This document shows positions 49,334 through 62,060 of a DNA stretch of 64,000 nucleotides, one piece after another. Under the pieces are notes generated by a model. It was given only the letters and a program-made list of their open reading frames with translations. It did no database searches and was not told the origin of the DNA. Location: the NCBI GenBank assembly GCA_009103225.1, contig RHPI01001132.1:310001-374000 (forward strand). The letters run 5' to 3'. Source of the stretch: Chlorokybus atmophyticus (Eukaryota > Plantae > Mesostigma and Chlorokybus algae). Both the position numbers and the translations under genes were made by a program. Numbering within the stretch: position 1 is the stretch's first letter; each line of letters starts with the position of its first letter.

Positions 49334-49930
49334 NNNNNNNNNNNNNNNNNNNNNNNNNNNNNNNNNNNNNNNNNNNNNNNNNNNNNNNNNNNNNNNNNNN
49401 NNNNNNNNNNNNNNNNNNNNNNNNNNNNNNNNNNNNNNNNNNNNNNNNNNNNNNNNNNNNNNNNNNNNNNNNNNNNNNNNNNNNNNNNNNNNNNNNNNNN
49501 NNNNNNNNNNNNNNNNNNNNNNNNNNNNNNNNNNNNNNNNNNNNNNNNNNNNNNNNNNNNNNNNNNNNNNNNNNNNNNNNNNNNNNNNNNNNNNNNNNNN
49601 NNNNNNNNNNNNNNNNNNNNNNNNNNNNNNNNNNNNNNNNNNNNNNNNNNNNNNNNNNNNNNNNNNNNNNNNNNNNNNNNNNNNNNNNNNNNNNNNNNNN
49701 NNNNNNNNNNNNNNNNNNNNNNNNNNNNNNNNNNNNNNNNNNNNNNNNNNNNNNNNNNNNNNNNNNNNNNNNNNNNNNNNNNNNNNNNNNNNNNNNNNNN
49801 NNNNNNNNNNNNNNNNNNNNNNNNNNNNNNNNNNNNNNNNNNNNNNNNNNNNNNNNNNNNNNNNNNNNNNNNNNNNNNNNNNNNNNNNNNNNNNNNNNNN
49901 NNNNNNNNNNNNNNNNNNNNNNNNNNNNNN
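49334..49930. other. Assembly gap (N run) preceded by poly-G
   Basis: Run of N. Confidence 1.
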
Positions 49931-50043
49931 CATGCGTGAGTGTGCATGTGTGCGTGCATGCGCACATGTGTGCCTGTATGTGTGCGCGCGTGCGTGCATG
50001 TGTGTGATGAACAGACTTTTGCATTGGTGAGCGCACCGTGGAG

Positions 50044-53000
50044 TCATTCTTGTGTTATTACCTGTTGGGGTGGATGTTGGGGTGGTGAAGAGGCCCGCAG
50101 GACCTCCTCGTACTCGTGATAGTGTATTGAGCTGCGCGAGGCGGCTCCAGCCACAGCTGTGGCGTTGTACGCCGTGGTCACGCTGCTGAGTGGATTGATG
50201 AGCTGCTGTTCTTGCTCAGCGAATGTTGGGTTGTGGAACACGCGTGTCATCGAGTTGGTGGAGGACAGGTCATACTCCTCCATGGAACTTCTGTTGGAGT
50301 CACACCCTCTCAACGCGTGCAACTCGCTCGATGACTCGCACTGAGGCATGTCCATCGAGTTGAGGCTAGAGTTGCTGCCACAACTTGACCACACTTTGGC
50401 CAACTTGTTGTGGTTGTTGTTGGCACGCGCGCTCCCGCTCTCCATGATGTCCCCGTCGTCCCCGTTGACGAGGTGTTGGCGCAGGAGGGTGAGGTCGAGT
50501 AACTCCTCGGGGATGACGGGACACGCCCCACCTTTTCTTCTACTCCCTCTCCTTGCCGCACGTAGCAACGCCGCTAACAACGCCAACACCGACACGGACA
50601 ACGACATCGCCACAACGTGGGCCAACTTGCCCGCTATCGACAGCGCCGCCACCCACGTGCTGGACCCGCTCGCACCCGCTGCCAACATTGATGTGGACGT
50701 GTGGACGTGTGCACCCGCTTCTTGTTCTTGTTTTAGTGATGTTATGGGTGCCACGGCTCGCAAACGGCGGGAACAATCTTGGCCTGCACGATCGTTGTCA
50801 CACACACACGTCCCGTTGCGGCATTCTCCCGCCCCTGAACACGCGTTGGGACACGCCCTCAACACGCTCGCCAATAGTGTAAAGCTCACAGGCTCCCTTT
50901 CTGCTCCCTCGCTGCTGCTCCCGCATGCCAACGCCCGCACACCAACGTGCCACGTGTCCACGCCACTCTCCACACCAACACTCAGCACGTGCGGGGACTT
51001 GTCGCTCACAGCATCATACTCAGACAATGTTGGCACCTGACAGGAGTAAACAGATATCAGTTGTTGTCACACCACTTGTGTGTGGGTGCAGGCACATGCA
51101 CTTGTGTCTATGTGTGCGTGCGTACGCATTATGTGGGTACGTGCACGCACTGCTGTGCGTGTGAAGGCGTGCATGTGTGTACATGTGAGTTGACAGGTGT
51201 GTGCATGTGTGTGCGTGGCCATCATGTTGGCTCTCTCACCTGGCCTTTTCTGAGATAGAGTGAGGCGGCCTGGCAGCCGCTGCCTCCAGACAAGTCTGTC
51301 AGTTGGATTGTGAGTGTCGCTGCGCCTTGCAGCAGAGCGCCAGGGACTGTGTAAGTCACCTGCTGGCCTTCCAACAGCCACCCTGCACAGAGAGACACAC
51401 AAACCCACATATCAGGACATGTATGAGGGACAACAGTGTTATCACTCGTGCGTGCGAGTGCGTACCTGTGGCTGGCAGGTGTGGCCGCAGCGTGTGTGAG
51501 GCGATGTCGACGTCGTCATGTTGGCACGCCTCGCCGTTGAAGCCCTTGAAGCACTTGCACACGCCTTGGCGAAAGTCTCCACAGGCGTTGCAGCTGTTGG
51601 GTTGCGCTTCCACAATGTTGGCTTTGAGGACATATCCACTGAGAGCGGCGGTGTTAATATCTCCTCCGCGCAAACCCAACCACCAGGTGGCGTCTCCGGG
51701 CGATATCTGTATGGAGGCGAAGTCCCTGGCAGCGATATCGAAGGAGTCCTCTGTGGGCTGAGAGCCGCGCTGAAGATACAACATAGTTGGTGTGATGTTG
51801 TTGGACGTTGTCGTTGTTGCTTCTTCGCTTGTGTTGTTGTGGGCTCGGTCTTCCACGAGCGTGTACGTGACACGCATCTCCACGCTGCTGGCGGCGATAT
51901 CAGCGGGAGCTTCAATGGCGTGGTAGCGCCACTCTGCTGATGGTGGTGATATCCCTCTCACGGGCCCCGATATTGACAGGGCGGGCACGAAGGTAGCGAA
52001 ATCCGCACACTCCCCGCCAAGATAACCCTGTTGGCAGAAACACCTCCCCAACATGCACACGCCGTTGTTCTTACACGCCCTCGGACACTCCCTCCTCGGC
52101 ACAACACGCAGGATGTAACTCCCGCCCCCGCCACTCCCACCTCCACCCTTCACACCAAACCACCACGAGTACGCCCCTGGCGCCCACACCGTCAACGACG
52201 AGGATGATGAGGCTGATATCGACGATGAGGTTGATATCGGCTTCCCACGGTGAGAGTGTTTTCTATCTGTTGGCGGGTCCGAACGCTGGGCAAAGAGGGT
52301 GAGTTCACCTCCCCCACCATTGTTGTTGTTGTTGTTGTTGGACACGGGGTGGAGTTCGACGGTGAGCGCTGTGGCGGCGCGGTCGGCGTTGACATAGTAG
52401 TATCTCCACGCCTCGGGTGCGACGTAGCCGCGCGCATCCCCGCCGGCGTGAGGGAGACCTTGAAAGGGTGTGGAAGCCGCACGTGTTGCACACGTGTCCC
52501 CACTGAAACCCGCGTGGCAATAACATCTCCCCGCCACACACTTCCCTGCACCCGAACACCTCCCCGCACACGCCGCCGCCCTCAAGGTCGCCCACACCCT
52601 CACGGCCAACGGGGATTCGCTTGTCGCGCGCACGCCTGCCCAGTATGTGTACCCGCCGTTGTTGTTGTCTTCGCTGTCGGTGTGTTCGCTGACACCCGGC
52701 TGTGTGAGCGTCGCTAAGAGCTCGTTGTTGTTGTTGTTGTTGTTGTTTGTGGTGCTGCTGCTGCTGCTGCTGCTGTTGCTGTGCACGCTCTCACCCTCTG
52801 CCTCCCACCTCAGCTCGTCCGGCCTCAACGACCTCCTCACCAACAACCGCACAGAACCTGGTGTGTGTATACAAACGTGAACACTCACTCGCGCGTACAC
52901 AAGACAACATACACACAACAACAGACACAACACTTGCACACGTTTTACATAGATACCCTGCGATGTACATTCATACTGGCAGACACTGTTGTACATACGT

Positions 53001-53582
53001 TCACAGTGGCACGTGCGTGGTTGTTGTGCGCTCGCTCCAACACGCAACAACAACACACGGGTGGTTGTGCACTGCTACTGAAAACGGACTTGTGTGCACA
53101 AGTTGGTTGTTCTCACCTAGGTGGGTGGAGTCTGCTGGTGAGAGTGGGTCGCCAGCCGCGTCAAGACGGAGGTGAAAGTCCACACCAACGGCATGCGCGG
53201 GTGCGTGGAAGGCAAAGTAGCGCCACGCATTGCCGGATATGTGGGCAGCAACTGGTGTGTCATCCGCCAGGAGGGTGGGGATGTTGTTATTGTTGTTGGA
53301 CTCTCTCTCATTACAGCTCAACGAGTAGAATCCACTCTTGCAGTAACACCTCTTCTCATACAACAATCCCCTGTCTGGGGCACAGTCTCCTATCCTGGTT
53401 GATGATGACAATGAGGGGGAGGGGGACGCCGCCACCCATCTCTGCTGCGGCGCCCACGCTGGCGCCGCTGCTGATACCAACAAGGAGGAGGAGGAGGGAC
53501 ACACCCACAACAACACCCACAATAGCAACAATGAGCTCAGGCTCGCCCCCTCTCGCCTCCTCCTCCCGCAGCCCCTGGCCAT
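50044..53582 (-). CDS. Type I membrane protein, about 997 aa: signal peptide, 5 EGF-like modules alternating with 4 beta-sandwich (PPC-like) repeats, TM helix, Ser-rich cytoplasmic tail (exons 53582-53117, 52857-51466, 51382-51240, 51036-50044)
   Basis: Exon phases join into 998 codons. EGF-like units include CAGRCSGAGKCVAGRCYCHAGFSGDTC, CPRACKNNGVCMLGRCFCQQGYLGGEC and CPNACSGAGECRNGTCVCDNDRAGQDC. Spacer modules share WRY(F/Y/H), L(Y/F)x(R/Q)xxxxPT and W(W/H)xG(V/L)(R/K) motifs. The hydrophobic segment VVAMSLSVSVLALLAALL is followed by RAARRGSRRK. Confidence 0.85.
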
Positions 53583-54178
53583 GTGTGGAACAGGCCCCAC
53601 TCTCCTCTCCCCTCCCTCATAGCCGCATTCCCCCCATCTCCAGCCACCTGCGCCTATAATCCCCACCACACCCACACTCACGCGCACCCTCACCAACACC
53701 CACGCTTACACCTCACCCACACACCCTCACCACTTCACACCCTCCACTCCAACACGTGCTATCAGTCCTTTTACAGCACTCGTCCCCTCTTCTATTCCAG
53801 GTGCCTCCTACTCTCTGAGATTGGCGTGGGGTAGTGTCGTACTGGATGTAAGCTTCCCTCAACCACTACGCCGCCACCGCCACCGCCACCGCCGCCGCCG
53901 CCGCCGCTGTCGTCCAGGTCGTCCAGGTCGTCCTTGACGTCCCTCACAGCGACACTCTCCTCACTCACTCAACACTCTCTCACAGAGCGCCGTGCTGGGG
54001 CGCGTTGCCCGCCCGCGACTCCCCCTCTGACCACGCAGCGCGCGACACCGCGATTCGGAATTAGCAGCATCACGTGACCTCGCCTCTGTCTCAAATTAGT
54101 GCTCCGCCGCGATGTACAGGCAGTGCGTATGAAACTTGTGGCGGCGCGGACTACAATGACTTCTGTCACAGTCCTTTT

Positions 54179-54190
54179 CGCCACGTGGCG
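54179..54190. promoter_or_regulatory. G-box palindrome CGCCACGTGGCG just 5' of the PSTK ATG
   Basis: Motif read directly, about 28 nt upstream of ATG 54218. Confidence 0.4.
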
Positions 54191-54217
54191 CACCGTGGTG
54201 AGGCGTTGAAATCCCTA

Positions 54218-56267
54218 ATGCAAGCTGACGTGGCGGCGGCGCAGGAGGAAGGGGAGGAGGAGGATAGAGCGAGCGTAGTTGTGGTGGCCGTGGTGGGGCT
54301 GCCTGGCGTAGGCAAGAGCACTCTGGTGCGGAGCTTGCAGGAGTATTTGGATGCTGAGCCTTCAGGTGACGCTAGGGTAGGGTTTGCTTTCCTGGTTCAG
54401 TTGCTTTGGCCTGGACTAGCCTGGTCTAGCATGCAGTTGCATGCGAACGATAACTGCTGAATATGAGATGACATCCTTGGGATTCAGCAGGGGTCAGGCT
54501 GGTGCCTGTGGAGTTTGACAAGTACTATACTGGCAACGCCGCACTTAGCCAGGGCCAAAGGTTCAGCCCCACCGCATGGAAGGTAGCATCACGTTGGTTA
54601 CAGGTCGAAGAGACTAAGTTGCATTGATGGCATTGCGCTTGACTGTACGTATGCAAGCAGTTGTCGTTGCATCTGTTTTGTTTGCAGGAGGGCAGGCAGG
54701 CTGCACTCAATGCAGTGGAGCAGGCATCAGTGTGCAAAGGTAAGCTAGCCTTCAAAGCCAAGGGTGTATGCTTGATAATAATAAGCGAAAGAGGATCAGC
54801 AATCTGTATTACATGCTCTTATGATTACCTTACCATAGCAGGTGATGATGAGAGGGTGCTTGTGGTTGCGGATGACGTCAACCATCTCCGCAGCATGCGA
54901 CGAGACATCCGCGGCATTGCAATCCAAAGTGCGTTTGTTGGTCCTTTCTTTTGTTTCTGCATATATCTTTGACTGCTTGGTATGGCATGTCGCATAAGTC
55001 TCTCCACATCTATGCAGATAATGCGGCTTACATGCAGCTGTGGGTGAAAAGTCCATTGACTGAAGTGCTTGCTCGAAACCGCATGCGACATCAAAGGCAA
55101 GTTTCTGCTGCTGTCTATCAATGTCAGTGTTGTGGCGCTATCAGATTTTACTGAGCCATAATTCTGCATAATTAGTTTATGTAAAACTGTGTGCGTGTAT
55201 GCATGTGCGGGTGTGCACGCACGCACGCACGCACGTACGCCCGCATAGTGCATGTCAGTACTAAAGTTTTTTGCTGATAGGCTGCCACACATTGCACCGC
55301 TGTTACAAAAGCTTTCCATGTTAAGCCACGAGAAACACATGTCCATGTGTTCAGCTGTCGAGTGCCTGAAGAGGTGATTGTGAAGCTCGCGAGGGCTTTT
55401 GAGCCACCTGGCCCAATGCGGTTTGAGCGGGAGAAACCTACAGTAGACTGGCTAAATGAAATGAACGCGGCAGAATCGCCTGCTGTGGTTGGGTGAGGAT
55501 ATATCCATGACGCGTGCGCAGTAAGTTGTACTGCGATAGATGCACTTCGTTTTTACCTGTGTTGGTGCTGTGTCAGGCAGCGCCTTTGGCAGCGCATCAG
55601 TGCCATGTGGGGACCACCATGCAAGCCCTGTGAGACCGAAGCCGAGCGGCAAAAGAAGGTAGATATGTGACAGATTGCATGCGTTGAACACATCATGACT
55701 ATCATGTTGTGTTGGCAGATTGACACTGGGCGTGCTGCCAACGCTGCAAGTGCAATGCACAATGCGGATATCCAATGCCGAAGGTTGATACATGAAGCGC
55801 TTCAATACGTGCTCGAAAGCGACAAAGCGCTTGTTGCGAAGCGTCTCAATGAGGCCAAGAAAACTCTTTTACAACAACTTCGGGCTCATTTTGCGAATGC
55901 TTGCGAGCATGGTCGTTGTACAGATGCCCTGAAACAGCAAGGAGTGTGTCTTTCAGTTGGCAAAGTGCATAGGGGTAGAGAGTTGGAGTGGTTGTGCACC
56001 GCTATGTGCTCAATACTATGTCATCAAGCATTCTTGGTATATGTTGTCTTTGGCGCCGCGACAGCAATATGCATCAGGACTTGGGGGCTATGGATAGCAT
56101 GCACATGGCTTGCAGAATGGCACAATGCAGGCAACATGCATGTTGCCTGCACAGTCGCAGTCACAATCAGTTACGCAGACCACCGGCTCACAGTTACTGA
56201 CATACCCATGACTCAACCAAGCCAACTACACATACCTACCAACCCCATGCAGCGTTATAGGGTATAA
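54218..56267 (+). CDS. PSTK: O-phosphoseryl-tRNA(Sec) kinase (L-seryl-tRNA(Sec) kinase); 3' end uncertain
   Basis: Walker A VVGLPGVGKSTL, then VEFD, FSPTAWK|EGRQAAL, VADDVNHLRSMRRDI, LARNRMR, VPEEVIVKLARAFEPP...RFE, and C-terminal NAASAMHNADIQCRRLIHEAL...AKRLNEAKKTLLQQL. The DDxxxxRSMR motif and helical tail fit PSTK better than KTI12. Confidence 0.8.
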
Positions 56268-56566
56268 GTTGTAGTCCAACCATGCAAGCACAGGCTATGC
56301 TCAAAGCAAATACATACACCACAGGCAAGGCAAGGTAGGCAAAGCAAGTAGCGACATATTTACAACTATGCTTGGGGCCACCTCACACTACACTAAATGC
56401 TCCTGTGTGCATACAATGTGGCGTATGCATGCTCATGCACAGAAACATGTAAGTGTAGGCAACATACAACATGCAGGCAGTCATAGTTGTCTAATAGTTT
56501 ACCACCGGGCTGACCTATTCTACCTTCACAACTACCGCTACTAACATCACCACCCCGTTAGACATG
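56258..56566 (+). repeat. Dispersed repeat copy B (motif 1 at 56258-56418, motif 2 at 56501-56566, same orientation)
   Basis: By-eye alignment to 2788-2939 and to 12411-12481. Confidence 0.7.
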
Positions 56567-59469
56567 CAAGCATGCATAGCATCTGCCAATGACCTGCCCA
56601 ACCAGCAGCTAGGCAGTTAGTCTTGGTCAACAGCGCCAGGCAGTCGGCAGCAACAGCCGACGGACTCCCCCTCCCTCCTCTCGCCAGCATCACCCTCGCT
56701 CCTCCTCTCCGTTCTGCTGTCTTCAGCAGCCCTTTGTAGCATTAAACTGTGATGTGCAATGCAACGATTGGTGTGGCAGGTAGCAGCAGCCACCTGCTCT
56801 CATACAGACTAGACAAGTTCTTTCAGCATATTTGGAGCTACAGAAATGCGCCCATAAGCACTGCCATCTCTCACTCTCAACAAGTGGTGAATCAGGTCCA
56901 ATTCATATTCCTCAGCAATGGTTTGGCCGGGCGGAGTGGACACCCACCCAAGTTGCTGCTGAGCAGAAACCGCATCTGCAGCGTTAGCAACGCTGAGCAC
57001 GCTCCATGCTCTCACGAGAGAAGAACTCCAAGGTCGTCGGCGTCAACACGCAGCGTGGACATGTGGTGCAACGTGTTGGGGGTCAAGTGGTGATGCATGT
57101 TGACATAGTTAATCACCTGCAAGTCGCGTTAACAGGTGAGCTACGCACTTTATGACAAAGCATCGCTGTCCATACAATTTGAATAGTTGCAGTATTGCCC
57201 AACATTGCATTACATGCCCATGTTGGGCAGCAAGGCTTTTATGCAAAGTGTAATGAAGTTCAAGTTATTATGAAGTGTTGATGCCCATATTAACAATACT
57301 ATGACTCATCTTTGTGGTAACCAATTTAGATGTGCATGATAAACTGTGCGTTATGCTGCATAGGTGGAACTTCAACCCAGTGAATATCAACAATACAATA
57401 TTGACGTTAGGTCGTTGCAATTTCTTTCGGCCTTGAATGGTTATCATGTAATAAATGGGCTTCTTTACGTTCCATATATAATTGTAAGTCTGTATTGTAT
57501 GACTCGTGTACATATAAGCAAACTTTGTCGTCACTGCAGCATTATTATTAGTAAATTTGCTTTAGTGATCATGCTGTTGATGCAATAGTTTGCATGTTTC
57601 AACCTTAACTCAAATGCGATGGTTTAACATGCAAACCATTGCATTGGCATGTTTAACCTATTATATTTAACATTCGCCTTGCTGTGACGTTAAATATGTT
57701 GGTTGATACACATGCGGAGTGATTGTTAACATTTAGCCTTTAAAACTTGCTGCGCATTGCGTGTGCGGCAATTTTGCGCTTTGCAAGTACACATCGTGTC
57801 AAGATATATATGATAACATGATTGCGCCGACAGCGCCAACAATAGCAACAACGATTTAAATATTATCGGCAATGTTGATGGTAAAAGCGATTGCGACGGT
57901 CAGATTAATGACAGAATTGTACACTTTCTCATGATAACGATGAAACAAGTTTAGCACAATAATGATACCATTACTTTTATATCAAACTTGTTTAAAGAAT
58001 ATATACGCACAATATGAAGAAACAAAAACGAGGCGATTATTGCACAATAACACTTTGTATGTAAAGAGGAAGAGGATCATAGCTATGGCCTCCCTTTTAT
58101 TCTCCAAAATGTGCATAAATCACGATGAAGTTGTTGCTCGTATGCGCGACCACCAAAAACGTGGTACGTGAAGTAAAACCCAATGAGTCATGGGTTGGTG
58201 TGGCATACAATTGATCTTAACTTTGCTGATCATTATCAATTGACATATTTACAGCCGCCTGAACTACGTTACGGTAGTAAAACTTGCTACCCCAAGTGGA
58301 GCCTCTTGTTGTATACATTGTAAAGACACGAACTCTTCACGAGCGCCCCACGTTGAGCATTTATTTTGTATTTCGTCGGTGTGCGGTAACAGCAACAAAG
58401 TCTCGTCCATGCATTGCATGGTAGGCAATTTTTGCCCCAAATATTGAGAAAACTCATTCGACTTAACTGCGTAATTATCAATTTTACAAAAGCACAGTTC
58501 GTAGTCGTATAGTATATCCCTAATTAAAACATGAGACAGTAACCATGCTCAAAAGCACATAATTGAACTACTTTAATTATCATAGACGAAATGATTTGCT
58601 AAAGGGTGACCTCGGGCAATTAAGGGCCTTAATTGTTGTTATTGTTGTTTTTTTACCAGCTTGGGCCAACAAGAATACACTCCCAGCTGCTCGACTTCAA
58701 CGCTAAAATGTTGTGGCGAACGATAACATTAAGCTCCATTTGCTTAACATAATTGAACACAGTGAGGGCAGTGAAACACGATCAACAGGTGCTACGGCAG
58801 CGGCGTTGATGTGTTTATCGTTGCTATTGCTGCGGCATCAATGTCTAGATGCCATCAAGAAATGTAGCGGCGTTATTATACCCTCCTCATGATCACGTGG
58901 TGCACCAGATGGCATGGCTCACTTCATTAACAATGTGTTTGTACAACGCAACCTCGCAACCGCTTAAGCGCAACAATTGTGTATGGAGGTGAGTGTACAG
59001 AGATCACCGCAATGGTCTCACACTTCAACGAGTCCTGATGATTTTGCTTTGGATGTATAATGATTAGCAGCCTTCAATAAATTTCATTGAAAGCATAATC
59101 ATTGTATGATCATTGCATTGAAAGCATAATAAAAACATAATGTGTATTATGCGACAAGACTTTGGACTCTGTCACGGGCCCAAACTACGAGTGTTTGTAG
59201 ATAAATATCAATTATTTTGCTTGGCGTTGAGTCGATCGATGTGATGTGCGGATTCACTTGTGCGATGCGTATAATGCGGGTGTTGTTGCATCACCCTGTC
59301 GACCATCCGATATATTAAGTAGGCAAGTTTTTTGTGCGCATGTATGCCATTGCATGTCTATGCCCGCTTCATTATACAGATGGCTTGTGCAACATTAGGC
59401 ACATGTAGACTCTACAGGCATCCATGTTTATAACATTGCAAACTTATGATTAACATACATTTAACATAA

Positions 59470-62060
59470 CCTTTTTTGCATTGCAGTCCGCAACTTGCCG
59501 TACCTGTTGTTGCGTCCCGCCTTTATTATACCACAGATTTTGTCACCTTGATACATTGATAACTTCTTTTGATCACGATTCATTTTATCACCAGGCACAA
59601 GCGTGCACACAAAGCATACAGCCTAGATACACCAACCTGTACACACGAAATGTCTTGCCAATCTATTCAAGAGGCACCACTAGTAGCAGTAAAGTCTGAA
59701 CAAAGGATGCACCTGCCGCCCCAGCTGGAGGAGAAGGCTTGGACAGCAAACTCCCTAGCATCGTCTTTGAAGGGGTTTGGCAGGCCCGAAGTCATTCCTC
59801 TTTCGCCCGAGAGATGATGGAGCAAGACACCTTGGAGAGAAGGATGGATGAGGGAGGGGATGCAGCACCATACCGGTGGGTGCAGCGACGCTGGAGTTGC
59901 CAAAGAATGAGAGGCCGGACAAGCTACCAGACGGAGGAAGGCAGGTGGAGATACCACGCCTTCCACCCTGAACAGAACCATGGACGGAGGAAGGCTCAGC
60001 GAGCCACCCGTGAGTGAAAAGAGACAACGAAGCCAGCTCCAGACCAAAAAAAGCAATAGGGTAAGAGAAGAAGAGGTGAAGGTGTGTCTCAACGGGGAAA
60101 TCCTCGCATGTCAAGCAGGCGGGATCGAGGCCCATGTGTACTAGCTTATTGCCCTTGTGTAGGGCGCGATGAAAAATCAGCCAAAGGATGGAGCGTTCTT
60201 TGCCTAGGACTTGAAGGCGGTGAAGCTGCTTTAAAATCCAAGGCCACGGGTGCGGAGGAAAGAGGAGGCTTCACCGAAAGAGAGCAGGTGCCTTGCTACA
60301 ATGCACCCCAGAGAGCAAGCGGTAGCCAAGCCTAGCAGAGTAATCTCATGTAGAGTGTATGCGAAAGTTTTAGGGGAGGGCGTCTCCACACAAATGTGAG
60401 GATGGATCGAAGTGCAAGTTTGTGAGAGGGGCCCCACAGACAACCATTCAGCCAGCAAACATGCTCGCCGGTGGAAGATTATTTCACTCTGGTGTGTCAA
60501 CCGCTGGCCACCAGCGCAGGGGAGGGGGGAGCACGCGAACGCGCTTGAGAGTTTGAGACTCGGCTGTGTAGTCTTTGCTGCAGAGGAGCAAGTGTAGTCT
60601 CCTGCGCACCCACGAGAGAAAAGACAATACCATAGTAGTCCGGAAGAGACGCTGTAAAATAAACAACCTTCCGGACACCGCCCGACGAGTTCAGCGTGGC
60701 CCATCACTCGGAAGGGCGGAGTGCAGCTGGACCATCCCGAAGCAGCTCTACGAGGCTTGCGGAATCGCCTCCCAAGCTTTATCAGCCTAGCCTGAGTCTC
60801 CCACACGGTGTGGTCCGGAACCCAATGGCTCAACTACGCGGCTGTGTATGGGCGCCGCTCAAGCTCATCTCACAAGTCCGCAACGTTGCAAGTTAACTCT
60901 GTGAAACTGCTGGGCAGCCCACGGGAGGAAGAGCATCCGATGGGAGCCCTTCCTCAGCACCTTGCTCGCAAGTGAGAGTAGCAAGGAGTTGAGAAAGAGC
61001 GGCAGGCGAAGCACATCATCGTACGTGAAGGGGTGCAACGCACTCCGGGGGCGAACTGCACCCCAAGCCTTGAGAATGTAGCACCAGTGGGGGGCAACTC
61101 CAGAGCGAATAGGGAGACCGTCCGCATGCAGGGCTGCACCTGTCGGCAGCCATGGCACCTTTCTATGGACCAATGTTGAAGTTGTTAATGACCGAGAGCT
61201 TTTCACGGGGCCCAGGTGAGGTTCAAAAGCCTAGCTGCCCACTTCGCCAACATGCACTAAGTTTGAAGGGCTGGGAACCAAAATACCCAGCCCCCCGTCT
61301 TCTTTTGGGAGACACACCATTGGCAGCTAACCTTCCTACAAGAGGCAACGGCCCCATCTGACATTAAGCTCCACAGCAAGGAGGTGCAACAAAGGCGAAG
61401 GCGGTGAAGATCTGACCCAGAGGGGCGCGCCACTGCGGCGATGTACCAGAGGCAAGCTAACACCGACTTTTTTGCTACAAGCGCACGCCCGATCAGAGAG
61501 AGATAGTGGCGGGACCACATGTTCATGCGCACTGCACTGCACTCTCTCCATCACCGCTTGCAAGAGCTGCTACAGCTGCTGAACCAATATGTTTATGGGC
61601 ACCCCAAGGGAGGCAGACTCCGTGCTGGACGGCCATTTAACACCTCAAGGCGGAAGGGGGGAGGAAGCAGCCGTCCCTAAAACAAATGCCCGTCGACTTC
61701 AAAATGCTAAGAGATGAGTCTAAAGTCACACAGTACGTGCTCATGGCCTCCAAAAAAGTCTTGAAGCTGGCTGCGATGGCCTCAAGCAAGACCATGGTAT
61801 GATCCGCGAAGGCGAAGTATTCGAGCTGTCCCTGAGGCCTCAACGGCAAGAACGTCATGTTGAGCCGGGCGTCCATGAGGGCTGAACCTCCTCGAGGTTG
61901 TGGTTGTCGGCTGCAGATGGTGGACGCAATGGCAATGTTGTCGGTGTAGCGAAGCTTGAGGATGTTGTAGACAGCTGAACTTAGGTGAAAAGAGCTCCCA
62001 CATAGCATAGCTAAGTGCAGAGGAAGCCATGTAGGCAGCAAGTCAACCCCCATGAGCAGC
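59470..62060 (-). mobile_element. Decayed, 5'-truncated L1/Tx1-type non-LTR retrotransposon (RT C-terminal half and downstream domains)
   Basis: Minus-strand fragments: YFAFADHTMVLL (YADD motif), LSILKSTGI, WSRHYLSLIGRALVAKKSVLACLWYIAAV, and KVSCQWCVSQKKTGGW (the LSxxGR and KxxGG motifs). Boundaries are approximate. Confidence 0.75.

Noticed and set aside
54218-55500. KTI12/DRL1 as the identity of the P-loop kinase
   Set aside because: It lacks the KTI12-type DSxNYIKGxRYE motif and instead has the PSTK-type DDxxxxRSMR motif and C-terminal helical domain.
57196-57229. 10-bp-stem hairpin TGCCCAACAT...ATGTTGGGCA as a Helitron 3' terminus
   Set aside because: It is not followed by a CTRR terminus at the expected distance, and no Rep/helicase motifs were recognised nearby.
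57865-57890. GNVDGKS as a possible Walker A motif of a helicase
   Set aside because: The spacing is GxxxGKS rather than GxxxxGKS, and no Walker B or other helicase motifs are visible.
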